Below are positions 17,238-25,081 of a DNA stretch of 40,682 nt, piece after piece. How positions within the stretch are numbered: the first letter of the stretch is position 1; every line of letters begins with the position of its first letter. A program made the translations under genes and the position numbers. A model generated the notes under the pieces. It ran no database searches. It had not been told where the DNA came from and saw only the letters and a program-made list of their open reading frames with translations. Source of the stretch: a virus (Duplodnaviria > Caudoviricetes); the IMG/VR virus record IMGVR_UViG_3300037467_000275, positions 1 through 40,682 of that record; one strand, given 5' to 3'.

Positions 17238-17681
17238 ATGGAAAGCACACTCCTCACGGTCTTCGGGGCTGTGGTGGTGGCACTCATCACCGGCATCGTG
17301 ACTTGGGCGGTGGCCCGCACGAACGCGCAGAGCAGTGAACGGAACGTGACCATCCCGCCATATGGGGCTCTCGCCGACCGCGTGACCAAGCTCGAGGTCA
17401 GCGACGCGAAGAAGAGCGACAAGCTCCAAGAGCAGGACCAAGTCATCAGCATCCTGCGCAACCGCCTGACGGTTGTCATCAGCGACAGGGACTCCCTGGT
17501 TGCCTACGTGCGCCAGTGGAATGCGTGGTTCATGTCGGGCGCGACACCGCCACCTCCACCCGTGCCGACGCATCTGCGTGACCTGCTGGACCCGGACTCG
17601 TGGGACGTCGCGCGCATCACTGAGACGACCACGACCACGACGTACGCGACCCCACCGAACAACGGCGGTGGCGACGTCTGA
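17238..17681 (+). CDS. Membrane protein (N-terminal TM, coiled coil, Pro-rich tail), lysis-associated
   Basis: TM at about residues 5-26, coiled coil, PPPPPVP; typical pre-lysin gene. Confidence 0.7.
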   Translation: MESTLLTVFGAVVVALITGIVTWAVARTNAQSSERNVTIPPYGALADRVTKLEVSDAKKSDKLQEQDQVISILRNRLTVVISDRDSLVAYVRQWNAWFMSGATPPPPPVPTHLRDLLDPDSWDVARITETTTTTTYATPPNNGGGDV

Positions 17682-17695
17682 CCTTAGGAGGCCGC

Positions 17696-18535
17696 ATGGG
17701 TGGCTCAACCCTGCCCACCGCATCAACGCCCGGCTACACGTCCTTCCGCGGCTGGGTCGCCTGCGTGTGCCTCGCCCAGTGGCTCCCCGCCTACGAGCGG
17801 CTCCTACTCGCCCGCGGCCTGATCAAGTCGAACATCGACATTTGGCAGCTCACCGGGGGCGCGGCAGCGTCGGGCGGCACCCACTCGCAGGGCGGCGCGT
17901 TCGACCTGCTCTACCAGACCACCGCCGCTCACGTCGCCGTCGCACGCGAGATGGGCGCCCCTGCTACGTGGGCTAGGACCGTCTCGCAGGGCTTCTCCAA
18001 GGCCCACACCCACGGCGTGCTGTCCGGCTGCCCACACAACGCCCCCGCCGCCTACCAGATCACCGCACAGAAGCGCGGCTACAACGGCCTCGGTCAAGCC
18101 ACGTCTGGCACCTACGCCGGCATGTGGGGCTATGGCTTCAAGGACGAGTTCCCCGACCCGAAGACGTACCGCTCGTGGCGTGAAGGCATCGCCTGGGCCG
18201 AAGCGCAGATCAAGACACTCACCGCCCAGCAGGAGGACCCCATGCCCACACCCGCCGAACTCTGGGCCGTGCCATTCAAGTCGCCCACCGACGACGTGTC
18301 CTACCCTGCGAGCTCGTGGCTCGTCATGGCGAACGTCAAGGCAGGCGAGGCCCGCGCGCTCGCGTCGAAGGCACTCGCTGAGGTGGCCGCACTCCGGTCC
18401 GCGTTCCAGGCCCTCGCCGCCAACCCTGACATGACGCCCGAGCAGGTCACCGCCGCAGCGAAGGCTGGCGCGCAGGCTGCCCTCGACGAGAAGATCACCG
18501 ACGCCGTCACCACCCTCAACGTCAACCCGACCTGA
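17696..18535 (+). CDS. Endolysin, M15-like Zn peptidase
   Basis: SGGTHSQGGAFD (H-x6-D) and HTH metal motifs; AGGAGG RBS; flanked by membrane genes. Confidence 0.8.
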   Translation: MGGSTLPTASTPGYTSFRGWVACVCLAQWLPAYERLLLARGLIKSNIDIWQLTGGAAASGGTHSQGGAFDLLYQTTAAHVAVAREMGAPATWARTVSQGFSKAHTHGVLSGCPHNAPAAYQITAQKRGYNGLGQATSGTYAGMWGYGFKDEFPDPKTYRSWREGIAWAEAQIKTLTAQQEDPMPTPAELWAVPFKSPTDDVSYPASSWLVMANVKAGEARALASKALAEVAALRSAFQALAANPDMTPEQVTAAAKAGAQAALDEKITDAVTTLNVNPT

Positions 18536-18538
18536 CCA

Positions 18539-18673
18539 GTGCGCCGCGACTTCCGGCAGATCGGCAGGCTCATCGGCCGGGAGCGCGTCACCGCAGCCAT
18601 CGCTGCATGTGCCCTGGCCGGCGCGCTGATCGCCACCGGCATCGAACTCGCACGTCAACGGAGGCGCGCATGA
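18539..18673 (+). CDS. Small membrane protein (44 aa)
   Basis: VRRDFRQIGRLIGRERVTAAIAACALAGALIATGIELARQRRRA; ATGA-coupled to the next ORF; weak RBS. Confidence 0.4.
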   Translation: MRRDFRQIGRLIGRERVTAAIAACALAGALIATGIELARQRRRA

Positions 18674-18819
18674 GCAGCCCCGAGCCGCCGACCCTCATCA
18701 TCCCGACCCGACGGTGCTGGCAATGGTGGGCGCGACGTGCCCACCGGCCGCACCTCCACGGAAACGTGCCGAACACCCGACGGTGCCCCGGCATCCGACC
18801 CACTGAAGGAGCAGCATGA
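18670..18819 (+). CDS. Small hypothetical protein
   Basis: GGAGG RBS; ATGA overlaps on both sides. Confidence 0.5.
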   Translation: MSSPEPPTLIIPTRRCWQWWARRAHRPHLHGNVPNTRRCPGIRPTEGAA

Positions 18820-19055
18820 ACCTCGACCGAGTGAAGCCATTCGCCAAAGCCGTCGTGGCGTTCGTCACCCCCGGCGCCGTCGTCATCGGCTCAGCCGTCA
18901 CCGAAGCATCCCAAGGCGGCTCCAACATCACCGCCGCCGAATGGGTCACCGCCATCGTCGCGTGCGTCGTCACGGCCGGCGCGGTCTACGGCGTCCCGAA
19001 CAAGGACCCGCAGGCCACGCACCAGCACGAGTCCGTTCAACCTCCGCTCGCGTGA
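18816..19055 (+). CDS. Holin
   Basis: KAVVAFV...ITAAEWVTAIVA...VYGVPN, a 2-TM actinophage holin pattern. Confidence 0.8.
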   Translation: MNLDRVKPFAKAVVAFVTPGAVVIGSAVTEASQGGSNITAAEWVTAIVACVVTAGAVYGVPNKDPQATHQHESVQPPLA

Positions 19056-19243
19056 CCGGCGACGACAAGCCGCCCACCTCGAGCGGCCTCACTGACATCG
19101 TCCACGAGGCGCTGTCCCAGCCCGTCCAACGCCCGTCGCTGTGGCAGCGGTTCCGGTCGTGGCTGTCACGGCAACGGTCCAAGCTCGCCACGATGGGCGG
19201 CTATTGGGGCGGAGTCACTATGAGGTGGCGCGACAAGCCCTGA
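19052..19243 (+). CDS. Hypothetical protein
   Basis: GTGA overlap with the holin; ends just before a terminator. Confidence 0.45.
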   Translation: MTGDDKPPTSSGLTDIVHEALSQPVQRPSLWQRFRSWLSRQRSKLATMGGYWGGVTMRWRDKP

Positions 19244-19252
19244 CGCACGACT

Positions 19253-19290
19253 GAGCCCCGCTCACCTTCGGGTGGGCGGGGCTCTTCGTC
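19253..19290 (+). terminator. Intrinsic terminator ending the late/lysis operon
   Basis: GAGCCCCGCTCACC-TTCG-GGTGGGCGGGGCTC followed by TTCGT. Confidence 0.8.
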
Positions 19291-19302
19291 GTAGGTGCCG
19301 AC

Positions 19303-19377
19303 TAGGATGGCCATGCAAGACCCCCGCGACACGGTCAGGTGTCCGGGGGCGCGACCGACTGTTAAGGAGTCGATATG
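19303..19377 (+). promoter_or_regulatory. Structured leader, copy 1
   Basis: -10 TAGGAT; AGACCCCCGCGAC..GTCCGGGGG hairpin; CGACT/AGTCG stem over the AAGGAG RBS. Confidence 0.7.
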
Positions 19378-19869
19378 AGCAACCCTACACTCGTCTCACG
19401 GGTGAGCCTCGAACACCTGGCGGCACTGGCTTTCTGGGGTCGCGTCGACCAGCACGGAGACTCCGAGTGTTGGCCATGGATGGGCGGCAGGTCCAAGCAG
19501 GGATATGGCGTCGTTCACGTTCCGGGCCGCATCACCGGCCTAGGACGCCCAGTCGCGATCCACACTCATCGAGTGGCGGCATCGCTCGCTCGTGGCGCGG
19601 TCCTCACCGCATCTGAGGTAGTCGACCACCGTTGCTACAACACTGCTTGTTGCAATCCCGCACATCTCGACGTGACGACGCAGCTCACCAACGTTCGCCG
19701 ATCCCGCAAGCCACTATGCCGGCCCATGCCGTTCCCTCGGCCCGACGGCTCGATCCGGTGGCAGGTTCGCTGGTACGACTACTCGGGACCGAAGCGGCGC
19801 TACCTGTCGCGCTCGTTCGAGTCCGAGGCCGAGGCGTGGGCCTTCTCAGGGGCCAATCGGGTGGCCTGA
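19375..19869 (+). CDS. HNH endonuclease with C-terminal AP2/integrase-arm-like domain
   Basis: CWPW.G...GYG...HR...VDHRC.NTACCNPAHL...N; C-terminus WQVRWYD...RSFESEAEA. Confidence 0.88.
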   Translation: MSNPTLVSRVSLEHLAALAFWGRVDQHGDSECWPWMGGRSKQGYGVVHVPGRITGLGRPVAIHTHRVAASLARGAVLTASEVVDHRCYNTACCNPAHLDVTTQLTNVRRSRKPLCRPMPFPRPDGSIRWQVRWYDYSGPKRRYLSRSFESEAEAWAFSGANRVA

Positions 19870-19993
19870 GGACATGGCATATATACACACTCAACCCCAC
19901 CGGACCCCAGAAAACACCACACTATCGGAGATTGGAAAGGGCCTCTGACCTGCGCAAACGTCGTTTTCGTGCTCAGCTTAGCACCGTCTGACA

Positions 19994-20020
19994 CGGGTTC
20001 AAGTCCCGTCACTCACCCCA
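19994..20020 (+). other. attP core, matching the 3' end of tRNA-His
   Basis: CGGGTTCAAGTCCCGTCACTCACCCCA = T-arm, acceptor 3' strand CACTCAC, C73 discriminator and CCA; no 5' half; near the integrase. Confidence 0.85.
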
Positions 20021-20030
20021 AAGTAGGACT

Positions 20031-20085
20031 GAACGAAAAGGCCCCGTCACCTGCGGAAACGCAGGCGGCGGGGCCTTCGTCGTTC
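20031..20085 (+). terminator. Hairpin downstream of the attP core (terminator for the restored tRNA)
   Basis: AAGGCCCCGTC-ACCTGCG-GAAA-CGCAGGC-GGCGGGGCCTT followed by CGTCGTTC. Confidence 0.7.
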
Positions 20086-20128
20086 CGCGGCGCGCACGCC
20101 TAGGGCACAAATATGCGCACCTCAGGCG

Positions 20129-20203
20129 TAGACTGGAGGCATGGGAGACCCCCGCGACGGGCAAACGTCCGGGGGTGTGACCGACTAGCAAGGAGTCGAT
20201 ATG
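20129..20203 (+). promoter_or_regulatory. Structured leader, copy 2
   Basis: -10 TAGACT; same AGACCCCCGCGAC / GTCCGGGGG / GACCGACT / AAGGAGTCGATATG blocks as copy 1. Confidence 0.7.
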
Positions 20204-20407
20204 GGCAAGGCTAGCAGTGACGGGTGGCTCGACTATGCGGAGGTGGAGGCCACTTCGGCTGGCCTGTCGAGGGATCAAGTGTCGGGGATGCAGGCGTTTC
20301 TGCTGGGCGCAGTGCTGACCTTCTTCGACGAGTCGCCTATCGTTCCCATGACCGACTCGCGATGGCGCAGGCTCGTGCGCGCCGCGATCGAGGAGGAGCA
20401 GTCGTGA
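20201..20407 (+). CDS. Hypothetical protein
   Basis: AAGGAG RBS; coupled to the next gene. Confidence 0.6.
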   Translation: MGKASSDGWLDYAEVEATSAGLSRDQVSGMQAFLLGAVLTFFDESPIVPMTDSRWRRLVRAAIEEEQS

Positions 20408-20595
20408 CCGCGCCGACGCTGACCGAGTTCCTCCTCGCCCGCATCGCCGAGGGCGGGCCGAAAGCCGAACTCGTGACTCGCTTGGGTGACGACGTCACCG
20501 ACGGCGACCTCACGACGGCGAGCGACGCCACCCTGCGGGCGCTCGCAGGGGTCTACGCCGACCACCCCGACTACGACGAGGCGTGGCGTGCCTAG
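20404..20595 (+). CDS. DUF6221-like small protein
   Basis: LTEFLLARIAE...LRALAGVYADHPDYDEAW, a shortened version of a common actinobacterial prophage family. Confidence 0.65.
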   Translation: MTAPTLTEFLLARIAEGGPKAELVTRLGDDVTDGDLTTASDATLRALAGVYADHPDYDEAWRA

Positions 20596-21766
20596 CGTCA
20601 ACTCCCGCACCCTCAAAAGCGGCCGGACCGTCTACTTCGTCCGAACCCGCAACGCCCTCGGCAAGCAGACGTCCGAACGTTTCGACACCAAACGCGAAGC
20701 CGAGACCTTCGCCAAACGCGTCGAACGCATCGGCGGCCCCGCAGCCATCGCCGAACGCGCCCGCAAAGACCGCGCCGACAGCGACTATGTGCCCACCCTT
20801 GCCGAGTGGCTCCCTCAGCACATCGAGCAGCTCACTGGAGTCACCGACCGCACGCGCCTCGACTACGCCTCAATGGCTGCGCGCACGTTCATGCCGATCC
20901 TCGGCGACACGCCCCTCGACGGGATCGATCGCGCCGCCGTGGCCAAATGCATCAACGCGCTCGACGCGAAGGGTCTGTCCGCGAAGAGCATCGCCAACGC
21001 ACACGGGCTGCTGTCCGCTGTCATGGCGTCCGCGGTCCTGGCCGACCATGTCGGCACCAACCCGTGCCACAAGATGCGCCTCCCCCGCTCCCGCGAGACC
21101 GAACGCCGAGACGAACGGTTCCTGACGCACGCCGAGTATTACCGGCTGCTCGAGCAGATCCCCGCCGCGCACAAGCCGCTCGTCATCACCATGTTCGGCA
21201 CTGGCCTGCGCTGGTCCGAGCTCACCGCGCTCGAGGTCCGCGACGTCATCCTCGGCAACCCGCCCACGCTGCGCGTCAACAAGGCGTGGAAGTCGACACC
21301 CGGCCGGGCGCGTGAGATCGGCCCGCCGAAGTCCACCAAGTCGCGGCGCACTGTCATGCTTCCAACCCAGGTCGTCGACGCCCTCACGCCGCTACTGGAC
21401 CGGCCCGGCGACGCCCTGTTGTTCACGGCACCCCGAGGCGGCCCGATCTACCACGGCTGGTGGCGAGCTCGCGTGTGGGTGCCAGCGTGCCAACGCGCCG
21501 GCCTGGCATCGCCCCGAGTCGAGGGGAAGCGGTACGTGTACGACGGGCCGCGCATCCACGACGCACGCCACACCCATGCCTCATGGCTGATCGAACAAGG
21601 CGCAACCCTCGAGATGGTGCAGGACCAGCTCGGCCACGAGTCAATCCTGACAACACGCAAGGTCTATGGCGCGCTGCAGCCGGCGATGATGTCTGCGCTC
21701 GCTGAGGCCGCTACCCGCGCGATGGCGATGGGCGCTCCGGAACCTGTCGCGCATATCGAGGCCTAG
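20588..21766 (+). CDS. int: Tyrosine integrase
   Basis: N-terminal arm-binding domain; TGLRWSEL, PKS, HDARH, LGH, VY catalytic residues. Confidence 0.95.
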   Translation: MPSVNSRTLKSGRTVYFVRTRNALGKQTSERFDTKREAETFAKRVERIGGPAAIAERARKDRADSDYVPTLAEWLPQHIEQLTGVTDRTRLDYASMAARTFMPILGDTPLDGIDRAAVAKCINALDAKGLSAKSIANAHGLLSAVMASAVLADHVGTNPCHKMRLPRSRETERRDERFLTHAEYYRLLEQIPAAHKPLVITMFGTGLRWSELTALEVRDVILGNPPTLRVNKAWKSTPGRAREIGPPKSTKSRRTVMLPTQVVDALTPLLDRPGDALLFTAPRGGPIYHGWWRARVWVPACQRAGLASPRVEGKRYVYDGPRIHDARHTHASWLIEQGATLEMVQDQLGHESILTTRKVYGALQPAMMSALAEAATRAMAMGAPEPVAHIEA

Positions 21767-22110
21767 CGTCTCGCCCGCGCCGCCTGCTCAGCCATCATCA
21801 CCAGCAGCTCGCGCGCGTCAGGTGACATGAGGCGCCACGAGTCCAGCAGCCGCACGAGCAGCGGGTCATGCTCCCGGCGCACACGACCGCCCTGCACAAT
21901 CCGCAGACACGACCCAGGCGCCCAACCAAGCGCAGCCTCGATCGCCGCCAGGGTCGCGTCGAGATAGTTCGACCGGTTCCCGTTCTCGATGTCGTCGATG
22001 ACGCGCTCCGAGACCCCCGACGCTCGAGCGAACGCCGCACGGGACCGCCAGTGCCGCCCCCGCTCCGATGCGATCTCGCGCCCGAGCCGCTGCCAACCAA
22101 CCTCCGTCAC
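21763..22110 (-). CDS. XRE-family HTH protein (second repressor-like gene)
   Basis: SRAAFARASGVSERVIDDIENG...TLAAIEAALGW.PGS. Confidence 0.85.
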   Translation of the reverse strand: MTEVGWQRLGREIASERGRHWRSRAAFARASGVSERVIDDIENGNRSNYLDATLAAIEAALGWAPGSCLRIVQGGRVRREHDPLLVRLLDSWRLMSPDARELLVMMAEQAARARR

Positions 22111-22208
22111 GTTGCGTCACCATTCCCGGCTTGCCCGCCGTGTGCACGCTCACATCGGGCCATGCGTCGAAGCGATGGCAAACTCCCGCAAATGGGCGCA
22201 ACGTCAGG

Positions 22209-22511
22209 TCAATGCTTAACGACCCGAAGCATGCGCCGCGCATCGAGACGCGGCACGCCATCCTCCTGCTCGGCCCGCAACTCCCGTTCGTAATCCATGC
22301 GGCCGACCCTCTTCCCCGCCTCGTACAAGTCGATCGCTGGAGCCATCAGGCGCCGGAACAACCAGCCGATGGTGCCGGTGCCCGCGACCAGCATCGAGAG
22401 GCGCCCGACATGGTCAGACACGTCGGGCCCGAACGGGATCACGGCATAGAGCTGGATGGTCCAGGCGACGATGGTTGCGGCGTGAGAGGCGTTGTGGACG
22501 ATCTTTCGCAT
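22209..22511 (-). CDS. Membrane protein (2 TM)
   Basis: ATG at 22511; two hydrophobic segments and a charged C-terminus. Confidence 0.65.
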   Translation of the reverse strand: MRKIVHNASHAATIVAWTIQLYAVIPFGPDVSDHVGRLSMLVAGTGTIGWLFRRLMAPAIDLYEAGKRVGRMDYERELRAEQEDGVPRLDARRMLRVVKH

Positions 22512-22599
22512 GGAGGGTTCCCTGACTGTTCCGGGTGGTGCCGGCTCGACCCAGCCGCGGCCCCGAGCGGCTTCAAGTCGGGCTGGTGTCTGTCCTGCG

Positions 22600-22621
22600 A
22601 ACGTACGTCGGACCACCGACA
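22600..22621 (-). promoter_or_regulatory. RecA-NDp / PafBC-type DNA-damage promoter
   Basis: Minus strand reads TGTCGG-TGGTCCGACG-TACGTT, i.e. TGTCGG-N10-TA-N3-T. Confidence 0.7.
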
Positions 22622-22657
22622 CTTACCACCCAAACCGGGTAAAAAGCCCCGATCGTC

Positions 22658-22957
22658 TCATGCGTGCCGCGCCGGCCGCTCCTCGCCCTCCGCTTCGCGC
22701 CGCAGACGCTCCTCCGCGCGCATGAACAAGTCGATCATCGGCAGGGTCAACGCCTTGCAGATCATGTCGAGCTGCGCGACGTCGATGGTTCGCTCTCCGG
22801 AGACCAGTCGTGACAGGGTCCGCTCGGGGATGCCGGACTTCTGGGCCAGGGTGCGCACTGTCATGCGGGCGGCACCCATCTCGGCGCGGATCTGCGCTGC
22901 CATGGCGAGTGAGAGCGCGCTGTGTTTGCGCGCGTTCGATGCCTTATCCATGTCCAC
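22658..22957 (-). CDS. Immunity repressor (XRE HTH, no peptidase domain)
   Basis: MTVRTLAQKSGIPERTLSRLVSGER.IDVAQL; divergent from Cro; probably leaderless (TACGGT-6nt-GTG). Confidence 0.85.
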   Translation of the reverse strand: MDMDKASNARKHSALSLAMAAQIRAEMGAARMTVRTLAQKSGIPERTLSRLVSGERTIDVAQLDMICKALTLPMIDLFMRAEERLRREAEGEERPARHA

Positions 22958-23067
22958 ATGAGCACCGTACCGCCAGCTTGATACGTCGAGTTACGGGATC
23001 TGGGCAAAAACTTTCCGCAAGGTGCTTCCCGTATGCCCATATAGGCAGTAGTCTGCCCATATGGACA
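22951..23067. promoter_or_regulatory. Repressor/Cro operators and divergent promoters
   Basis: TGTCCACATGAGCA (22951), TGCCCATATAGGCA (23034), TGCCCATATGGACA (23054); -10 TAGTCT 6 nt before the Cro ATG. Confidence 0.7.
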
Positions 23068-23291
23068 ACACGACGGACACATCAAGGAAAGTCGCAGCAG
23101 CCGTGTCCGCCGCACTCGGGGTAGCTGGGATCAGCGTCCTCACCGCGGCAGAGCAGACCGGCATACCCCGATCCACCCTCACCCGACGCCTCACCGGAAC
23201 CAGCCCCTTCACCATCGTCGAACTCGAACTCGTCGCGAACCTTCTTGGGCAGAGCGTAGAGCACTTCATCGTCGACGAGGTGGCAGCGTGA
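23061..23291 (+). CDS. cro: Cro-like HTH protein
   Basis: AAEQTGIPRSTLTRRLTG.SPFTIVEL; divergent from the repressor. Confidence 0.8.
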   Translation: MDNTTDTSRKVAAAVSAALGVAGISVLTAAEQTGIPRSTLTRRLTGTSPFTIVELELVANLLGQSVEHFIVDEVAA

Positions 23292-23503
23292 TGGCCGGCC
23301 AGTTGCTCACGGTCGACCAGGTCGCCTCCATCCTGAATGTCAGGCCCTACACGGTCCGCGACTACGCCAAGTCCGGCGCTCTCCGCGGCTCCAAGCCAGG
23401 CAAGCGCTGGCTGTTCGAGCAGGCCGACGTGGACGCATTCGTCGAGTCCGCGCAGAACCGTCCGCGTGAGACCGAGCGTCGTCGACGGAGGCGTGCAGCA
23501 TGA
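23288..23503 (+). CDS. Excisionase-like HTH_17 protein
   Basis: LLTVDQVASILNV...TVRDY...G.L.G.K.GKRWLF. Confidence 0.8.
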   Translation: MMAGQLLTVDQVASILNVRPYTVRDYAKSGALRGSKPGKRWLFEQADVDAFVESAQNRPRETERRRRRRAA

Positions 23504-23931
23504 CTGCCATCTACGCCGACCCGACCCTGCTGTGGGAGCGCCTGCTCAGCCGCGTCACGGTCACCAGCTCGGGATGCTGGCTCTTCACCGGCTGCACGAA
23601 CTCCCGCGGCTACGGGCAGGTCTGCTCCGGCCGCAAGGGCAAGAACGTCCTCACCCACCGCCTGGCCGTGATCGTCCGCGACGGCGGCATCCCTGACGGA
23701 ATGACCGTCGACCACCAGTGCCACGACTCGCAGACGTGCCGCCTGGACGCCGACTGCCCGCATCGCCGCTGTGTCAACCCGGCCCACCTCAAGGTGATGA
23801 CCGGCGCGGACAACTTGCGCCGTCGCTGGATCGCAGGGAAGTGCCACCTCGGCCACGAGCTGACGTGGCGCAAGGACCGCCGCTCCCGCGAATGCGTTAC
23901 CTGCCGCGCCGATTCGCTCGAGCGCGCCTAG
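23500..23931 (+). CDS. HNH endonuclease
   Basis: CWLFTG...GYG...HR...VDHQC...RRCVNPAHL...N plus C..GH...C..C. Confidence 0.88.
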   Translation: MTAIYADPTLLWERLLSRVTVTSSGCWLFTGCTNSRGYGQVCSGRKGKNVLTHRLAVIVRDGGIPDGMTVDHQCHDSQTCRLDADCPHRRCVNPAHLKVMTGADNLRRRWIAGKCHLGHELTWRKDRRSRECVTCRADSLERA

Positions 23932-24069
23932 AACGCCGTCGGGTCGGGCTTGACCTCCCACCCCCCCGGATCGGTCGCCCGACCCGACGTGCACACCCCA
24001 CACCAAAGCAAGTGGGACCGCCCAACCCTCGCAAGGCCGCGGTCCCAACTCACCCGCAAGGAGTATCGC

Positions 24070-24384
24070 ATGACCACTTCACCCGCCACCACCCACCAGA
24101 GTCACGACACCCCGGTTCTGATACACCCCACGACCGCCGACATGGTCGCGTCCGCGTCCGTCGCAGCCGTGTTCCTCGACTCCCTCGGCATCACCGGCCA
24201 CTCCATCCGCGTCACGCCCTGCGGCCGGGTCGAGGTTGAGGTGGACCGCGCTGACTTCCTCGCGGCCGCGAACGCCGCCACCGCGGAGTGGGGTGGCGCG
24301 CGCACGACTGAGCCGGGTGCCGTGTTCGTGGACGCCCGGATTCATGGGGTGCCGGTTCAGGTGTGGACGGCGGTGGAGCTGTGA
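24070..24384 (+). CDS. Hypothetical protein
   Basis: AAGGAG RBS, ATG at 24070. Confidence 0.65.
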   Translation: MTTSPATTHQSHDTPVLIHPTTADMVASASVAAVFLDSLGITGHSIRVTPCGRVEVEVDRADFLAAANAATAEWGGARTTEPGAVFVDARIHGVPVQVWTAVEL

Positions 24385-24881
24385 ACGCCTACGAGCCCGG
24401 CACCGTCGCTGTCGCCACCGTGCGCGGCGTGCCCGACGTCCGCGTCATGCGCTGTGGCCCCGAACAGCCGTTCTGGATGTCGCCTGCCTATGAGGGAGAC
24501 GCTGACGGCAGTGAAAAGCGGTGGCGGATGCACAAGGACCGCGACGTCACCGACGTCCGCCCGCTCGTCGTGCTCGACCTCGACGACATCGGCATGTCCG
24601 TGTCTGACCTCGTTCTCGATCTGCGGGGCATCGGGTCAGTGGCTGGCGAGATCGTCGCTGACCAGATCGAGGCGCAGACGAAGCCGCAGCGCATCCCCGA
24701 GCCCGGCCTGTGGGGCGTCGTCGAGGCGCACACCAAGGACAACGCCGAGCGCCGCCAGTTCGGACGCGTTCCCGAGACGGACGAGCAGCACTGGATCGAG
24801 ACCGACGCCATGGGCTGGTTCGAGTGGCGCCACCTCGTCGACCCGGTCCTCGTCCGCGACGGCATCGAGGAGACCTCATGA
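24381..24881 (+). CDS. Hypothetical protein
   Basis: GTGA overlap; PGTVAVATVRG...DVRPLVVLD. Confidence 0.65.
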   Translation: MNAYEPGTVAVATVRGVPDVRVMRCGPEQPFWMSPAYEGDADGSEKRWRMHKDRDVTDVRPLVVLDLDDIGMSVSDLVLDLRGIGSVAGEIVADQIEAQTKPQRIPEPGLWGVVEAHTKDNAERRQFGRVPETDEQHWIETDAMGWFEWRHLVDPVLVRDGIEETS

Positions 24882-25081
24882 TCCTCGAAACCTGGAACCC
24901 CGCACCCCTGCCCACCCGCGCACCCCACGCACCCCGCGTCCACGTCAACCCAGAACGCATCCCCTACCTGTTCATGCGCGACGTCACAAGGCACATGCGC
25001 GACGGCGCCGGGATCGACCGGGCCATGACCCTCGCCGGAATCGACGCCGACGACGCACTCACCGCATGGAGGATGTCGTGA
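24878..25081 (+). CDS. Hypothetical protein
   Basis: GAGGAG RBS, ATGA overlap. Confidence 0.6.
   Translation: MILETWNPAPLPTRAPHAPRVHVNPERIPYLFMRDVTRHMRDGAGIDRAMTLAGIDADDALTAWRMS

Noticed and set aside
19287-19308. Second PafBC motif CGTCGT-N10-TAGGAT
   Set aside because: The spacing fits but there are two mismatches in the hexamer; too weak to call.
19940-20020. Complete tRNA gene
   Set aside because: Only the T-arm and 3' acceptor strand are present; there is no GTGAGTG 5' strand, D-arm or anticodon arm.
22598-22611. LexA SOS box CGAAC-GTAC-GTCGG
   Set aside because: The second half-site deviates from GTTCG at two positions; the PafBC motif explains the sequence better.
21763-22957. Integration-dependent immunity system
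   Set aside because: attP is not inside either repressor-like gene.
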